Of a DNA stretch of 54,975 nt, positions 18,547-28,399 are shown in pieces. Source of the stretch: an uncultured Candidatus Bathyarchaeia archaeon (lineage in GTDB: Archaea > Thermoproteota > Bathyarchaeia > 40CM-2-53-6 > DTDX01). Under the pieces are notes generated by a model. That model searched no databases. It saw only the letters and a program-made list of their open reading frames with translations, and was not told the origin of the DNA. Each line of letters starts with the position of its first letter. Within the stretch, counting starts at the first letter, position 1. A program made the position numbers and the translations under genes. The DNA is taken from positions 1 through 54,975 of the forward strand of contig CAZSNM010000006.1 in NCBI GenBank assembly GCA_964608455.1, read 5' to 3'.

Positions 18547-19790
18547 AAATAGGAGTTTTTAGTGATACCCATATTGGAAGAAGCGTTCCGAAAGCTATAG
18601 GGGAATTAAGAAGAGAAGCATTTAAAAAAGCTTTCACTCAAGCAATAAACATATTTATTCAAGAAAAAGTGGATTATGTAATCCATTGCGGAGATGTTTT
18701 TGAAAAGGAAACTATGATGCCAAGCGATTCCATATTTGTTAAAAATGAATTTCAAAAACTTATAGATTATTTAGGTAAAGATGTGAAAATATTTGTTATA
18801 CGCGGTAATCATGATGGAACAACCATAAATAATGCTTTAAATTATATAGAGCATCCATTAGCAAAATACTTTAAGATTGTTGGAGAAAAAACTTTAGAGG
18901 GTAAAATTGAATTTTATGAAGAAGCAAACTTTGTTTTAACAGGGATGGGTTATACACCATATCCAATCTATAAATTTAAAACTGTTAAAGAAAATATTAA
19001 AGAAGCCTTAAAAAACTCAAAAGCACCTTATAAAATTCTTCTTCTTCATGCATTTATAGATGGACACCATGATTTACCTTTAGGTATACCGGCACATCAA
19101 AAAATTTCCATTAAAGAATTAAGGAATCTTGGAGCAAACTTAATTATTTTAGGTCATAATCATACTAGAAAAAATGAGAAAATTGATGATGAAATTTTTT
19201 TAACACCTGGAAGCACAGAATATTATGATTTAGCTGAAAAAGAACCGCATGGCGTTTATATTCTGGAATTAAACAATAAAGAAAAACTTCAATTTAAAAA
19301 TATTGAACCAATGCATATTATAGAAGCCATTAAAATAAATAGTGAAGGAACAGTGAAGGATTCTGCCTGGTTCATAACTCAAGCTTTAAAAGAATTTGAA
19401 AATTGTATTAAAAAAATTGAAAGGTTAAATAAAAAAGGAATAGTAAGGCTTATTTTAAAAGGTTTAATAAATGAAGATAAATATGAATTAGAGAATAAAC
19501 TTCAAATGCACCTTGCTAAAAATAAATCAATTATTCATTTGGAAATTGAAAATCAACTTAAAGAATTAAGCAATTTATCTCAAACTATACCAATAACAAC
19601 TAAAGAAGAATTTTTAAAAATATTATTTGAACCTTTAGGTGCAGAAGCCTTAGCTGAAGCATTAAATCTTATTGAAGATATAGAAGCTTGTTTAGAGGAG
19701 GCTGGAAGCCAAAGATCTGGTCTTTTAAAAGATTTAGATCGAAAAAAATTTGTTAAAAAATGGATTGAAATTTTAGGGGTTAAAAGTTGA
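18540..19790 (+). CDS. mre11: Mre11 nuclease
   Basis: SDTHIG, GDVFE, GNHD, LLH, GHNH, PGSTE phosphoesterase motifs. Confidence 0.92.
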   Translation: MVKIGVFSDTHIGRSVPKAIGELRREAFKKAFTQAINIFIQEKVDYVIHCGDVFEKETMMPSDSIFVKNEFQKLIDYLGKDVKIFVIRGNHDGTTINNALNYIEHPLAKYFKIVGEKTLEGKIEFYEEANFVLTGMGYTPYPIYKFKTVKENIKEALKNSKAPYKILLLHAFIDGHHDLPLGIPAHQKISIKELRNLGANLIILGHNHTRKNEKIDDEIFLTPGSTEYYDLAEKEPHGVYILELNNKEKLQFKNIEPMHIIEAIKINSEGTVKDSAWFITQALKEFENCIKKIERLNKKGIVRLILKGLINEDKYELENKLQMHLAKNKSIIHLEIENQLKELSNLSQTIPITTKEEFLKILFEPLGAEALAEALNLIEDIEACLEEAGSQRSGLLKDLDRKKFVKKWIEILGVKS

Positions 19791-22126
19791 AGGGTATTAT
19801 TGAAAAACTGGAGATGCAAGGATTTGAAGGATATAAAAAAGCTGAAATTCCATTTACAGCTGGTTTAAACCTTATAACTGGAAGAAACTCTACAGGTAAA
19901 ACAACTATTTTAGATGCAATATTTTTTGCTTTATATGGGGAAATCCCAGATGTAGATAAAAAACTTTTAGTTACAAGACTTCAAGGGACTTCAAAAACTC
20001 TTTATGTAGGATTAAGATTTATTTCACCCAAAACAAATCAAATTGTGGAAGTTAAAAGATGGGGAAAACTTTATTTTAAGCGTGGAAAAGAAGGTTATCA
20101 AACCGAACGTTTAATTCTTTTAATAGATGGAAAAGAAATTCCTGTTTCTGGTGAAGAAGAATTAAGAAGAAAAATAACAGATCTTTTAGGATTAACCATG
20201 AAAAGATTTCTTAATTTAACATATGTAAGACAGGGAGAATTAACGAAAATTCTTAAACCAGATAAAGATGAAATGGATTCAATTTTAGGAATAACAATTC
20301 TTAAAGAGCTTATAGAAGAGCTTAATTTAGTTAAAAAAGAATTAGAAAAATATGAGGAAAAAGATGTTGAAACAGAAGTTAAAACAATTAATGAGGTTCT
20401 TTTACCTAAAGTTAAGGAACAAATAAAAAATTTAGAAAGTCAAATTGAAACTTTAAAGCATGAAATTAAGGAGGTTCAAGATAAACTTGAAAAAGCTGAG
20501 TCTCCTGAATTAATAAATCTTCTAAAAAATATAGATGAAAAAGATTCTTTATTAAAGAGTTTTAGAGAGAAAGAAGCTTCTATTAAAATCTTGCTTACAC
20601 AATGGAGTGTCCCAGATATAGTTGCGCTTAAAGAATTAATAAAGAAAGTTGAAGCTGAAGAGCAAGAATTAAAAAGAAAACTTAAAGAAGAAAATGAAGA
20701 ATTAAAAAAAGTTGAGGTTGAAAAAGAAAATTATAAAGATAGATTAGTAAAAGTTAAAGAACTTTTAAAATCAGTTAAAGTATCAAACGTCGAGAAGCTT
20801 AAAGAATTAATAGAGAAAAAACATAAAGAAAATAGTAAAATTAATGAAGATTTAATTTTATTTGTAAAAAAATTTAATGAAATTGAAGAAGAAAAAAACA
20901 GGCTTGAAGGAAAACTTTTAACGCTTATAGAGGAGCTAAAAGCTCATAAAAAACTTTTGGAAGAAAATAAATTAAATTGTCCGATGTGTGGACAAAAAGT
21001 AACACCTGAAACTTTAAAAAAACTAATTTTGGAAAAAGAAGTGGAAAAAAAAGAGGTTGAACAAAAATTCGCAAATATAATAAAGATTTATGAAGAAAAG
21101 AAAAAAGTTATTGAAAAATTAAAATATGAAATTTCAAAGCTTGAAAATGAATTAGAAACTTTAATGGGTGTAAACTCTTTAATAAATGAGAGTTTAGCTG
21201 GATCAACTTTAAAAGAGCTTGAAGAAACCTATAATAAAACTGAGCAAAAATATCAAAATGTTAAATGTAAAATTGAAGAATTAACCATTAAATTTAATGA
21301 GGTTAAAACTAAACTGTTAAATATGAATTTAACTTTGGAAAATGCTAAAAAACTTTTTGAAGAAGCTGAAAAAGAATTAAAAAGAATTCAAGAATACCTA
21401 GTGAATATAAAGATTCTTCTTGAAAAATTAATGCTTCCATTTAAACCTGAAGATGAAGAATTAAAAGTTAAAATAGCTGAAAAACTCCCATTGACCATTA
21501 GCGAAATTGAAGAATTACGCCGTCAATTTAAAATTAAAAATGAAAAATTAAAGATTTTAGAGGAAGAATTTAAAAACCTTAAAAGTGAAGAAGAAAAGCT
21601 TCAAGTAAAGCTTGCACTTTTAAATAAAAGATTAGAAAAAGCAATTGTAACAGAAAAGCTTATTGAAAAATTGAGGAGGGGGGTCGAAAATATTAGAAGT
21701 GTAAAACTTAAAGATATAGCTTATGAAGCTTTAAAAATTTATAATTCTTTAACAGATCAGCATGTTTATAAAGCTTTTAGAATTAATCCTGAAAACTATA
21801 TTGTTGAGGTTCAACCAATAGATTTAGATGAATATATTCCAGCTGTAAGGGTTGGAGGGGGACATCAAACCCTTATATCCTTAGCATTAAGGCTTGCTAT
21901 GCTTAAAATTTTAGGTGGTGAAGCATTGTTAATTTTAGATGAACCAACATATGGTGTTGATTCAGATAATATTCCTCAACTACTTACTCATATAGCTGAG
22001 GCGGCTAAAAAGGTTTCTCAAGTAATACTTGTTACACATTATGGTCTAGGTGAGGAAGAAGCTGCAAATATAATTAAGGTTGAGAGGGGAAAGGATGGAG
22101 CTTCCCAAGCAACAATAGGTATTTAA
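19787..22126 (+). CDS. rad50: Rad50 ATPase
   Basis: GRNSTGKTT, YVRQGE Q-loop, coiled coil with CPMCG zinc hook, LILDEPT, LVTH. Confidence 0.92.
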   Translation: MKGIIEKLEMQGFEGYKKAEIPFTAGLNLITGRNSTGKTTILDAIFFALYGEIPDVDKKLLVTRLQGTSKTLYVGLRFISPKTNQIVEVKRWGKLYFKRGKEGYQTERLILLIDGKEIPVSGEEELRRKITDLLGLTMKRFLNLTYVRQGELTKILKPDKDEMDSILGITILKELIEELNLVKKELEKYEEKDVETEVKTINEVLLPKVKEQIKNLESQIETLKHEIKEVQDKLEKAESPELINLLKNIDEKDSLLKSFREKEASIKILLTQWSVPDIVALKELIKKVEAEEQELKRKLKEENEELKKVEVEKENYKDRLVKVKELLKSVKVSNVEKLKELIEKKHKENSKINEDLILFVKKFNEIEEEKNRLEGKLLTLIEELKAHKKLLEENKLNCPMCGQKVTPETLKKLILEKEVEKKEVEQKFANIIKIYEEKKKVIEKLKYEISKLENELETLMGVNSLINESLAGSTLKELEETYNKTEQKYQNVKCKIEELTIKFNEVKTKLLNMNLTLENAKKLFEEAEKELKRIQEYLVNIKILLEKLMLPFKPEDEELKVKIAEKLPLTISEIEELRRQFKIKNEKLKILEEEFKNLKSEEEKLQVKLALLNKRLEKAIVTEKLIEKLRRGVENIRSVKLKDIAYEALKIYNSLTDQHVYKAFRINPENYIVEVQPIDLDEYIPAVRVGGGHQTLISLALRLAMLKILGGEALLILDEPTYGVDSDNIPQLLTHIAEAAKKVSQVILVTHYGLGEEEAANIIKVERGKDGASQATIGI

Positions 22127-23592
22127 AAACTTGTTTTTCTTAATACTTCTTCTCCCTTATCGGTTAAAGAATAATAGATTCTTGCCGGTTTTCCTAAAAC
22201 CCTTTCAACTTTAATTCTTTTTATTAAACCCATAACTTCAAGTTCCGCCAAATGTTGATAAACACTTGAAATATCTAAATCAATACCCATGTTTTTTAAA
22301 GTTTTCCAAATTTCATAACCATATGATTCATTTAAAAGAATTTTTAAAAGCTTAAATTTTGTTTCTCCAAGTTTTTTAGTAAATCTTTTAGATTCTACTC
22401 CAGAAATTATTCTGTTAATTTTCTTTATTTTTTCAACAAATTTTCTTGCTGAAACTGGATCTTTAAGGCCTGCTCCAGTTATTACGCATACAATTGTTTC
22501 ATTTCTATCTATTCGTCCTTCATTTAAAAGTTTTATTACAGCAGCAATTGTTGAAGCAGCTGAAGGTTCAGCAAATATTCCTTCCATTTTTGCAAGCATT
22601 TCCATAGCCTTAAAAATTTCATCATCAGAAACTTTTACAGCAATACCTTTAGATTCCTTTATAGAATCTAAAGCTAATTTAGCGTAAAGAGGTTTTTCCA
22701 TAGCTAAATCTAAAGCTACAGTTTTAGGAGTTTGAAGTTTAACTTTTTTTCCTTGAAATTCATTAACTATAGGTGCAAACTCAGCTGCTTGAACACCAAC
22801 CATACCTACATCAATAGAGTTTATTAAACCTAAATCAAAAAATTCTTTTATCCCTTTCCAAATCATAGATAAATGTTCTCCATGTCCCATTGGAACAATT
22901 ATTTTATCTGGAAGAATCCAATTTAACTGCTCGCATAATTCATATCCAGTTGTTTTTTCTCCTTCAGCAAAAAAAGGGTTAATTGGAGAAATAGAATAGC
23001 CTAAATTGCTTAATTCATTTTTATCGTAATAATGTTTATCTACTATTAAGTTTGCTCCATAAATAATTGCTTGATAAAGCTTTCCTAAATTTAACTCTTT
23101 AATTCTTTCTAATGGTATAAAAATATTGCATTTTAAACCGCCTCTAGCTGCATAAGCAGCTATTGAAGCTGCAAAATTTCCTGATGAAGTGGCACAATAA
23201 ACAGAGTTAACATTTAATTCAACTACATGAGAAACTTCAATTGTGGAGCCTCTATCAAGAAATGAACCTGTAGGGTTTGTGGTTTCATTTTTAACATAAA
23301 GAAGTTTTAAACCAAGTTTTGAAGCAAGTTTTTCGCATTTATGAAGAAATGTTCCTCCTTCTCCAAGTGAAATAATATTGCTTTCCTTTACTAAAGGTAA
23401 AAGCTCACGATATTTCCATACGCTAAACCTTCTTTTACTTAATTCTTCTTTATTTAATTTTTCCTTAATTTTTTCAATATCATAAAATGCTAAAAGAATT
23501 CCCTTGCAATTTATGCAAACATTTAAGTTTTTATCTAATGGTAAATAATATTTTTTACCGCAGTTGGAACAAATAAACGCTTTAAGAAACAT
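22123..23592 (-). CDS. threonine synthase-like protein lacking the PLP lysine, fused to a C-terminal PadR-like winged HTH
   Basis: N-terminal CxxC..CxxC, SLGEGGT, NPTGSF(L)DRG, EGEKT, EPSAA, TGAGLKD; tail YGYEIWK..SSVYQHLAELE..YYSLTDKG. Confidence 0.85.
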   Translation of the reverse strand: MFLKAFICSNCGKKYYLPLDKNLNVCINCKGILLAFYDIEKIKEKLNKEELSKRRFSVWKYRELLPLVKESNIISLGEGGTFLHKCEKLASKLGLKLLYVKNETTNPTGSFLDRGSTIEVSHVVELNVNSVYCATSSGNFAASIAAYAARGGLKCNIFIPLERIKELNLGKLYQAIIYGANLIVDKHYYDKNELSNLGYSISPINPFFAEGEKTTGYELCEQLNWILPDKIIVPMGHGEHLSMIWKGIKEFFDLGLINSIDVGMVGVQAAEFAPIVNEFQGKKVKLQTPKTVALDLAMEKPLYAKLALDSIKESKGIAVKVSDDEIFKAMEMLAKMEGIFAEPSAASTIAAVIKLLNEGRIDRNETIVCVITGAGLKDPVSARKFVEKIKKINRIISGVESKRFTKKLGETKFKLLKILLNESYGYEIWKTLKNMGIDLDISSVYQHLAELEVMGLIKRIKVERVLGKPARIYYSLTDKGEEVLRKTSF

Positions 23593-24445
23593 TTGATTTT
23601 CCTTTAAGAAATTCCTCTACTTTATTAGTTATGATAATAAAACTTTTTAAAGTTTTAGAGGTTGAATCTTTTATTATAAGGGGTTGTCCTTCATCAGCAC
23701 TTTTGTTTAATTCAACATCTAAAGGTATTTCACCTAAGAAAGGAACATTTAATTCTTTAGCTATTTTTCTTCCACCTCCAGCATTAAACAAGTTTATTTG
23801 AAAACCACAGTTAGGGCATATAAAACCACTCATATTTTCAACAATTCCTATAATTGGAATATTTAATTCTTTAGCAAACTTTATAGATTTTTTAACAATT
23901 AACTGGGAAATTTCAGATGGAATAGTTACCACTATTACTCCATCCATTTCTGGAATAAATTTTATTAAGCTTAAAGGTTCATCTCCTGTTCCAGGCGGTA
24001 GATCTATAAATAAAATATCTAAATCGCCCCATGCAACCTCAGATAAAAACTGTCTAATTGCATTAATTTTTAATGGTCCACGCCAAATAACAGGAGTTTC
24101 ATCTTTAGGTAAAAGAAAATCTATTGAAACAATTTTTATGTTTAATGGACCAGTTACAGGAAGCATTCCTGATGAAGAAGCTTTAAGCACATTTCCTCTT
24201 ATTCCAAGAATTTTTGGAATAGATGGTCCATGAAAATCAGCATCTAAAATACCTATGTTATATCCTTTTTTAGCAAAAGCTAAAGCTATGTTAGCTGTAA
24301 CAATGCTTTTCCCCACTCCACCTTTACCACTTATAACAGCGATTTTATGCTTTATTTTTTTCATTCTAGTTTTAATCATTTCATCTTGTTTTCTAAGTTT
24401 TTCCATCGCTTCAAAATATTTTTCAACCAAATTTATTCCCCTCAA
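23582..24445 (-). CDS. mrp: Mrp/NBP35 (ApbC) Fe-S carrier ATPase
   Basis: SGKGGVGKS, DADFHGPSIP, VIWRGP, DLPPGTGD, ENMS..CPNC. Confidence 0.93.
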   Translation of the reverse strand: MRGINLVEKYFEAMEKLRKQDEMIKTRMKKIKHKIAVISGKGGVGKSIVTANIALAFAKKGYNIGILDADFHGPSIPKILGIRGNVLKASSSGMLPVTGPLNIKIVSIDFLLPKDETPVIWRGPLKINAIRQFLSEVAWGDLDILFIDLPPGTGDEPLSLIKFIPEMDGVIVVTIPSEISQLIVKKSIKFAKELNIPIIGIVENMSGFICPNCGFQINLFNAGGGRKIAKELNVPFLGEIPLDVELNKSADEGQPLIIKDSTSKTLKSFIIITNKVEEFLKGKSNVS

Positions 24446-24767
24446 TTAAAACTTTAATGGTTTAAAAGCAATAAAGCTTGATTTAAAGCTTGCTAACCTC
24501 AGTTTAAAATAGATAAAGAAATTTAATTTTTTGTTAAAATGTCTAAACTATAAAGTTTAAAAAAATATTTCTTTTTAATGTTGAATATTGCTTTTCTAAT
24601 CAATTTAGCAGTATTTTCGTGAAAAAACATTAAATCACATTTATTTCATTCATATGAGATAAAAATAAAATGAAAAAAGATTTTTTGAAAAAATTTAAGT
24701 TGAAAACGCTTCAAAAAAGTAAAATTCGAAGAATTTTTATTAAAAATTTAAAGGAGGTGAGGGGGTA

Positions 24768-24845
24768 ATGGCTAAAAGAATCAAAGTTCGCGATGGCATG
24801 CCATTTAGGGATGGAATGCCATTCAGGGATGGAATGCCATTCTAA
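24768..24845 (+). CDS. 25-aa peptide MAKRIKV-RDGMPF-RDGMPF-RDGMPF
   Basis: Perfect RBS AAGGAGGTGA upstream. The 18-bp tandem repeats at 24789..24842 differ only at synonymous positions. Confidence 0.75.
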   Translation: MAKRIKVRDGMPFRDGMPFRDGMPF

Positions 24846-24932
24846 ATAAACAAAAACAAGCTTTAAAAGAGGTGAAAAAATTTATCTAAAATAATTGAGA
24901 AAACCATATCCACCTATTCCAAACGAATAGCA

Positions 24933-25379
24933 ATGATCAATGCGGAGATTTTAGAGTTTAACAGAAAAGAGTTGCTATACCAAGCTGGAGAAAAACTAGC
25001 CTTAAAAGAATTTAAAAATATTTCATTAAGAAATCTTAAGGAAGCTTTAGAAAAATTAGCTAATACCTATTCTTTAGAAGAAATGGGGTTAATAAAAGTT
25101 GATGGAGCAAACTCAAAATTTATCATAATAAAAATTTATAATTGTACTACATGTAGCGAAGTTGAAAAAGACACTCGCATGCATTGCTGGTTTGATGCAG
25201 GTTATATAGCAGGCGCATTAAAAACTATGATGAAGAAAGACTTTGTAGCATTTGAAATTGAATGTAAAGCTGCAGGTTTTGAAGCTTGCAAATTTATAGT
25301 TACTTCAAAAAAACCAATGAGGAAGACAAATGTTCATTATTTTATAAATTTAAAACCAATGGATAAAATGCCTTTTTAA
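24933..25379 (+). CDS. V4R-domain protein ending in ..MDKMPF (frame open from 24876; true start may be upstream)
   Basis: YQAG, MGLIK, NCTTC, CWFDAGYIAGAL, EIECKAAGFEACKF V4R pattern. Confidence 0.8.
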   Translation: MINAEILEFNRKELLYQAGEKLALKEFKNISLRNLKEALEKLANTYSLEEMGLIKVDGANSKFIIIKIYNCTTCSEVEKDTRMHCWFDAGYIAGALKTMMKKDFVAFEIECKAAGFEACKFIVTSKKPMRKTNVHYFINLKPMDKMPF

Positions 25380-25489
25380 AATCTTTTTCTTCAATTATCT
25401 TTAAATCCTAAATTTTTTATTTTTCCTATCTCCTAAATCTTTAAATTTAACTCCTACTTATTTTTATAGGCAAACCTGGTGAAAATAAA

Positions 25490-26629
25490 ATGGTTACATA
25501 TAAAGTTTCAGTTATACCAGGGGATGGTATCGGACCTGAAGTTATAGCTGAAGGAGTTAAAGTTATAGATGCTGCTTCAGAAGTTTACAATTTTGAAGTT
25601 GAATGGGTTTACTATCCTTTTGGTGCTGATCATTATCTAGCTACTGGAGAATTGCTTTCTGAAGAATCTTTAAAGGAACTTGAAAAGTATAAAGTGATTT
25701 ATATGGGTGCTGTTGGAGATCCACGTGTTCCACCTGGAATTCTTGAAAAAGGCATACTTTTAAATTTAAGATTCTATTTTGATGAATATATTAATTTAAG
25801 GCCTATTCAACTTTTTGAAGGTGTTCCCACTCCATTAGCAGGTAAATCTCCTAAAGATATAAATTTTGATGTAATTAGAGAAAATACAGAGGATTTATAT
25901 GTTGGTTTAGGAGGCAGAGTAAAGGGGAAAACAAAAAATGAATTAAATCTCTATAGAAAAATTTATAATGTAAAGTTTGAGCTTGATATTGAAAGCGATC
26001 TAGATGAAATAGCTTATCAATTGATGGTTGTTAGTAAGAAAGGATGCGAAAGAGTAGTTAGGTATGCTTTTGAATTAGCTAAGAAAAAAGGTAAAACAAA
26101 AGTTACATCTGTGGATAAAGCTAATGTTCTCACCTATGCTTATGGACTTTGGAGAGAAGTTGTTGAAAAGGTTAAAAAAGATTATCCAACTATTGAAGTG
26201 GAACATGCTTATGTAGATGCTGCAGCAATGTGGTTTGTTAAAAATCCAGAAGCTTTTCAAGTTGTTGTAACACCAAATATGTTTGGAGATATATTAACTG
26301 ATTTAGGTGCAATGATTCAAGGTGGATTAGGTATGGCTGCTGGAGCAAATATAAATCCTGAAGGAACATCCATGTTTGAACCAATTCATGGTTCAGCCCC
26401 AAAATATAAGGGATTAAATAAAGCTAATCCAATAGCAACAATTCTTGCAGGAAAACTTATGCTTGAATTTCTTGGAGAAGAAGAAGCGGCTAAACTTGTT
26501 GAAAACGCGGTTAGGGAAGTTTTAAAAGAGGGAAGAGTTAAACCTATAGATTTAGGTGGTTTAGCAAAAACCTTTGAAGTTGGAAACGCTATTGCAAGAA
26601 AGGTAAAGGAATTAAATAGAGGGGTTTAA
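25490..26629 (+). CDS. leuB: 3-isopropylmalate dehydrogenase (isocitrate/isopropylmalate DH family)
   Basis: [38 protein letters not shown]. Exact substrate not provable. Confidence 0.8.
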   Translation: MVTYKVSVIPGDGIGPEVIAEGVKVIDAASEVYNFEVEWVYYPFGADHYLATGELLSEESLKELEKYKVIYMGAVGDPRVPPGILEKGILLNLRFYFDEYINLRPIQLFEGVPTPLAGKSPKDINFDVIRENTEDLYVGLGGRVKGKTKNELNLYRKIYNVKFELDIESDLDEIAYQLMVVSKKGCERVVRYAFELAKKKGKTKVTSVDKANVLTYAYGLWREVVEKVKKDYPTIEVEHAYVDAAAMWFVKNPEAFQVVVTPNMFGDILTDLGAMIQGGLGMAAGANINPEGTSMFEPIHGSAPKYKGLNKANPIATILAGKLMLEFLGEEEAAKLVENAVREVLKEGRVKPIDLGGLAKTFEVGNAIARKVKELNRGV

Positions 26630-26896
26630 GCAAACTCTTATATCAATTGGTTTTTTCCAGTATGGGCCAGTTGGAAAAGCCCATTGCAACATGTATAAAA
26701 GAAATCTTTTTTCAGTTGCAAGCTGGCTTCTGAAGTATTTTTCTTGCTCTTTAATCCAAATTTTATACCAAAGTGATTGCTGGCAAGACATCGCGAAAGG
26801 ATTAAAACAGTAATTTGGATATCCATTACCTATAATTAGAGGTTGCATAGGTTTAGTTTTCATCGGGCTTAATATTTCACTAACACAGTAACTCAA
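26612..26896 (-). CDS. hypothetical protein, 94 aa
   Basis: TTG start behind AGGAGG; no recognisable motif. Confidence 0.5.
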   Translation of the reverse strand: MSYCVSEILSPMKTKPMQPLIIGNGYPNYCFNPFAMSCQQSLWYKIWIKEQEKYFRSQLATEKRFLLYMLQWAFPTGPYWKKPIDIRVCLNPSI

Positions 26897-26962
26897 ATTT
26901 TATTCCTCCTTTTCCACCATTAAATTTAAGAAATATTAAGCTTAAGCCTCTAAAAAAGTAAA

Positions 26963-28018
26963 TTAAGAATATACTTGTTCAATTTTAATTAATTCGTCTT
27001 CCATCCAAATAAATTTCAATCTTGATCTTTGATTTAATTCATTTCCACAGTTTTGAAGAATAGCTCCTACAATTAATGGTAACCCTATAGTTGCATCAAC
27101 ATAAACTACTGAGTTGTAAGCAGATTTCGTGAATTTACCCCAGGATTTAGCCTCTTTAAAGGTGCATCCTGAAAGACCACCCCATTTAGGATCATCAGTT
27201 GTGATTTGAATAGCATAATGATGACCTTCATGCGGAATTCCAAGAACTTCAAGGTTAACACTTAATTGTTGAACATAATTTTTTGGGACGCCACCGCCAA
27301 TAAATATCACACCAGTTTTTTTAGATTTCATTTTAATTTGAGTTAATTCAAAAAGATCTCTTATTGGATCTATAATAAGTTTAGGTTCATTAGAATTCTT
27401 TTTATCCATATAATATTTTGATAATGCTAATCCTATAGAGCTATCGTTTAAAGCTGGACAAAAAACTGGAACTCCAAACTTGCTAGCGGAATATAAAATA
27501 GAATTTTCATCATTTAGGCAAGATCCAAGTTTATAAAGATATTCTCTAGTAGAGTAGATTTTAGGTTCAAATTGCTCTGTAATTTTATAAATTAAAGCAT
27601 CAACTTTCATTAGTTCATCTTCATCCAAAAAAGTATCGTAAACACGATCTATATGAAGATCTCTAAGCTCTAAATCATTTACATGTTCTGTTCCTAAGTA
27701 ATGTGGAACCCCAACAGCTTCACAAAAATCATGATAAAGATTTGCCCCTGTAGAAACTAAAACATCAACCATTTTATAAGCAATCATATCTCTAATAATT
27801 TTCCTCATTCCTCCAGGAACCATAGCACCAGCTAATCCAAGAAAAATAGTTGGTCTATCAGAGTCCATTAACATATTTTTAAAAACTTGATAACAATATG
27901 CTAGGTTTCTGCTTTGAAAAGAAGTGTAAGCCATAGCTTCAACCAGTTTTCCTATTGAAGGGACTTCTTCAAGATTTAAATGTTTAATTTTTTGTTTTAA
28001 GTACTCTTTTTTCATCAT
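26963..28018 (-). CDS. dys: deoxyhypusine synthase
   Basis: STGANLYHD, DRVYD, DSSIG, GGGVPKN, GGLSGCTFKEAKSWGK, DATI. Confidence 0.92.
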   Translation of the reverse strand: MMKKEYLKQKIKHLNLEEVPSIGKLVEAMAYTSFQSRNLAYCYQVFKNMLMDSDRPTIFLGLAGAMVPGGMRKIIRDMIAYKMVDVLVSTGANLYHDFCEAVGVPHYLGTEHVNDLELRDLHIDRVYDTFLDEDELMKVDALIYKITEQFEPKIYSTREYLYKLGSCLNDENSILYSASKFGVPVFCPALNDSSIGLALSKYYMDKKNSNEPKLIIDPIRDLFELTQIKMKSKKTGVIFIGGGVPKNYVQQLSVNLEVLGIPHEGHHYAIQITTDDPKWGGLSGCTFKEAKSWGKFTKSAYNSVVYVDATIGLPLIVGAILQNCGNELNQRSRLKFIWMEDELIKIEQVYS

Positions 28019-28159
28019 TTTTCATCTTTTTATTAGGGAAGGAAAATTGTTGATAAAAATGTTTTGGTTCGAAATATTGAATTTCTATGCAATAATTTCT
28101 TTTAAAAATGTAAATGGAAGAGTTTATAAGTTAGCTTCATCCTTATTAGTAAGTTTCAT

Positions 28160-28399
28160 ATGAGTAAAAAATGTAAAGCATGCAATAATGAAGCTGAAGA
28201 AAATGGAGAATTTTGCGAATTGCATAAGCTAGCATACTTAAATATAGTTAAGGCTTATGAAGAATGGAAAAAAGCGTATGGTGAAATTTCATTTAATGAA
28301 TTTTTAAGAAAAATAATTGAGGCAAAAGAGAGTGGAGAGGCAGTTAAAGAAATTGCATTTTACATTATGAAAAATAATTTTAAAGTGAGAAAAGAATGA
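28160..28399 (+). CDS. small zinc-finger protein translationally coupled to topA
   Basis: CxxC...CxxH; ATGA overlap with topA. Confidence 0.7.
   Translation: MSKKCKACNNEAEENGEFCELHKLAYLNIVKAYEEWKKAYGEISFNEFLRKIIEAKESGEAVKEIAFYIMKNNFKVRKE

Noticed and set aside
24789..24842. 18-bp tandem repeats as a mini-CRISPR or neutral VNTR
   Set aside because: No spacers, unit too short, no cas genes; the variation is synonymous in an RBS-led ORF.
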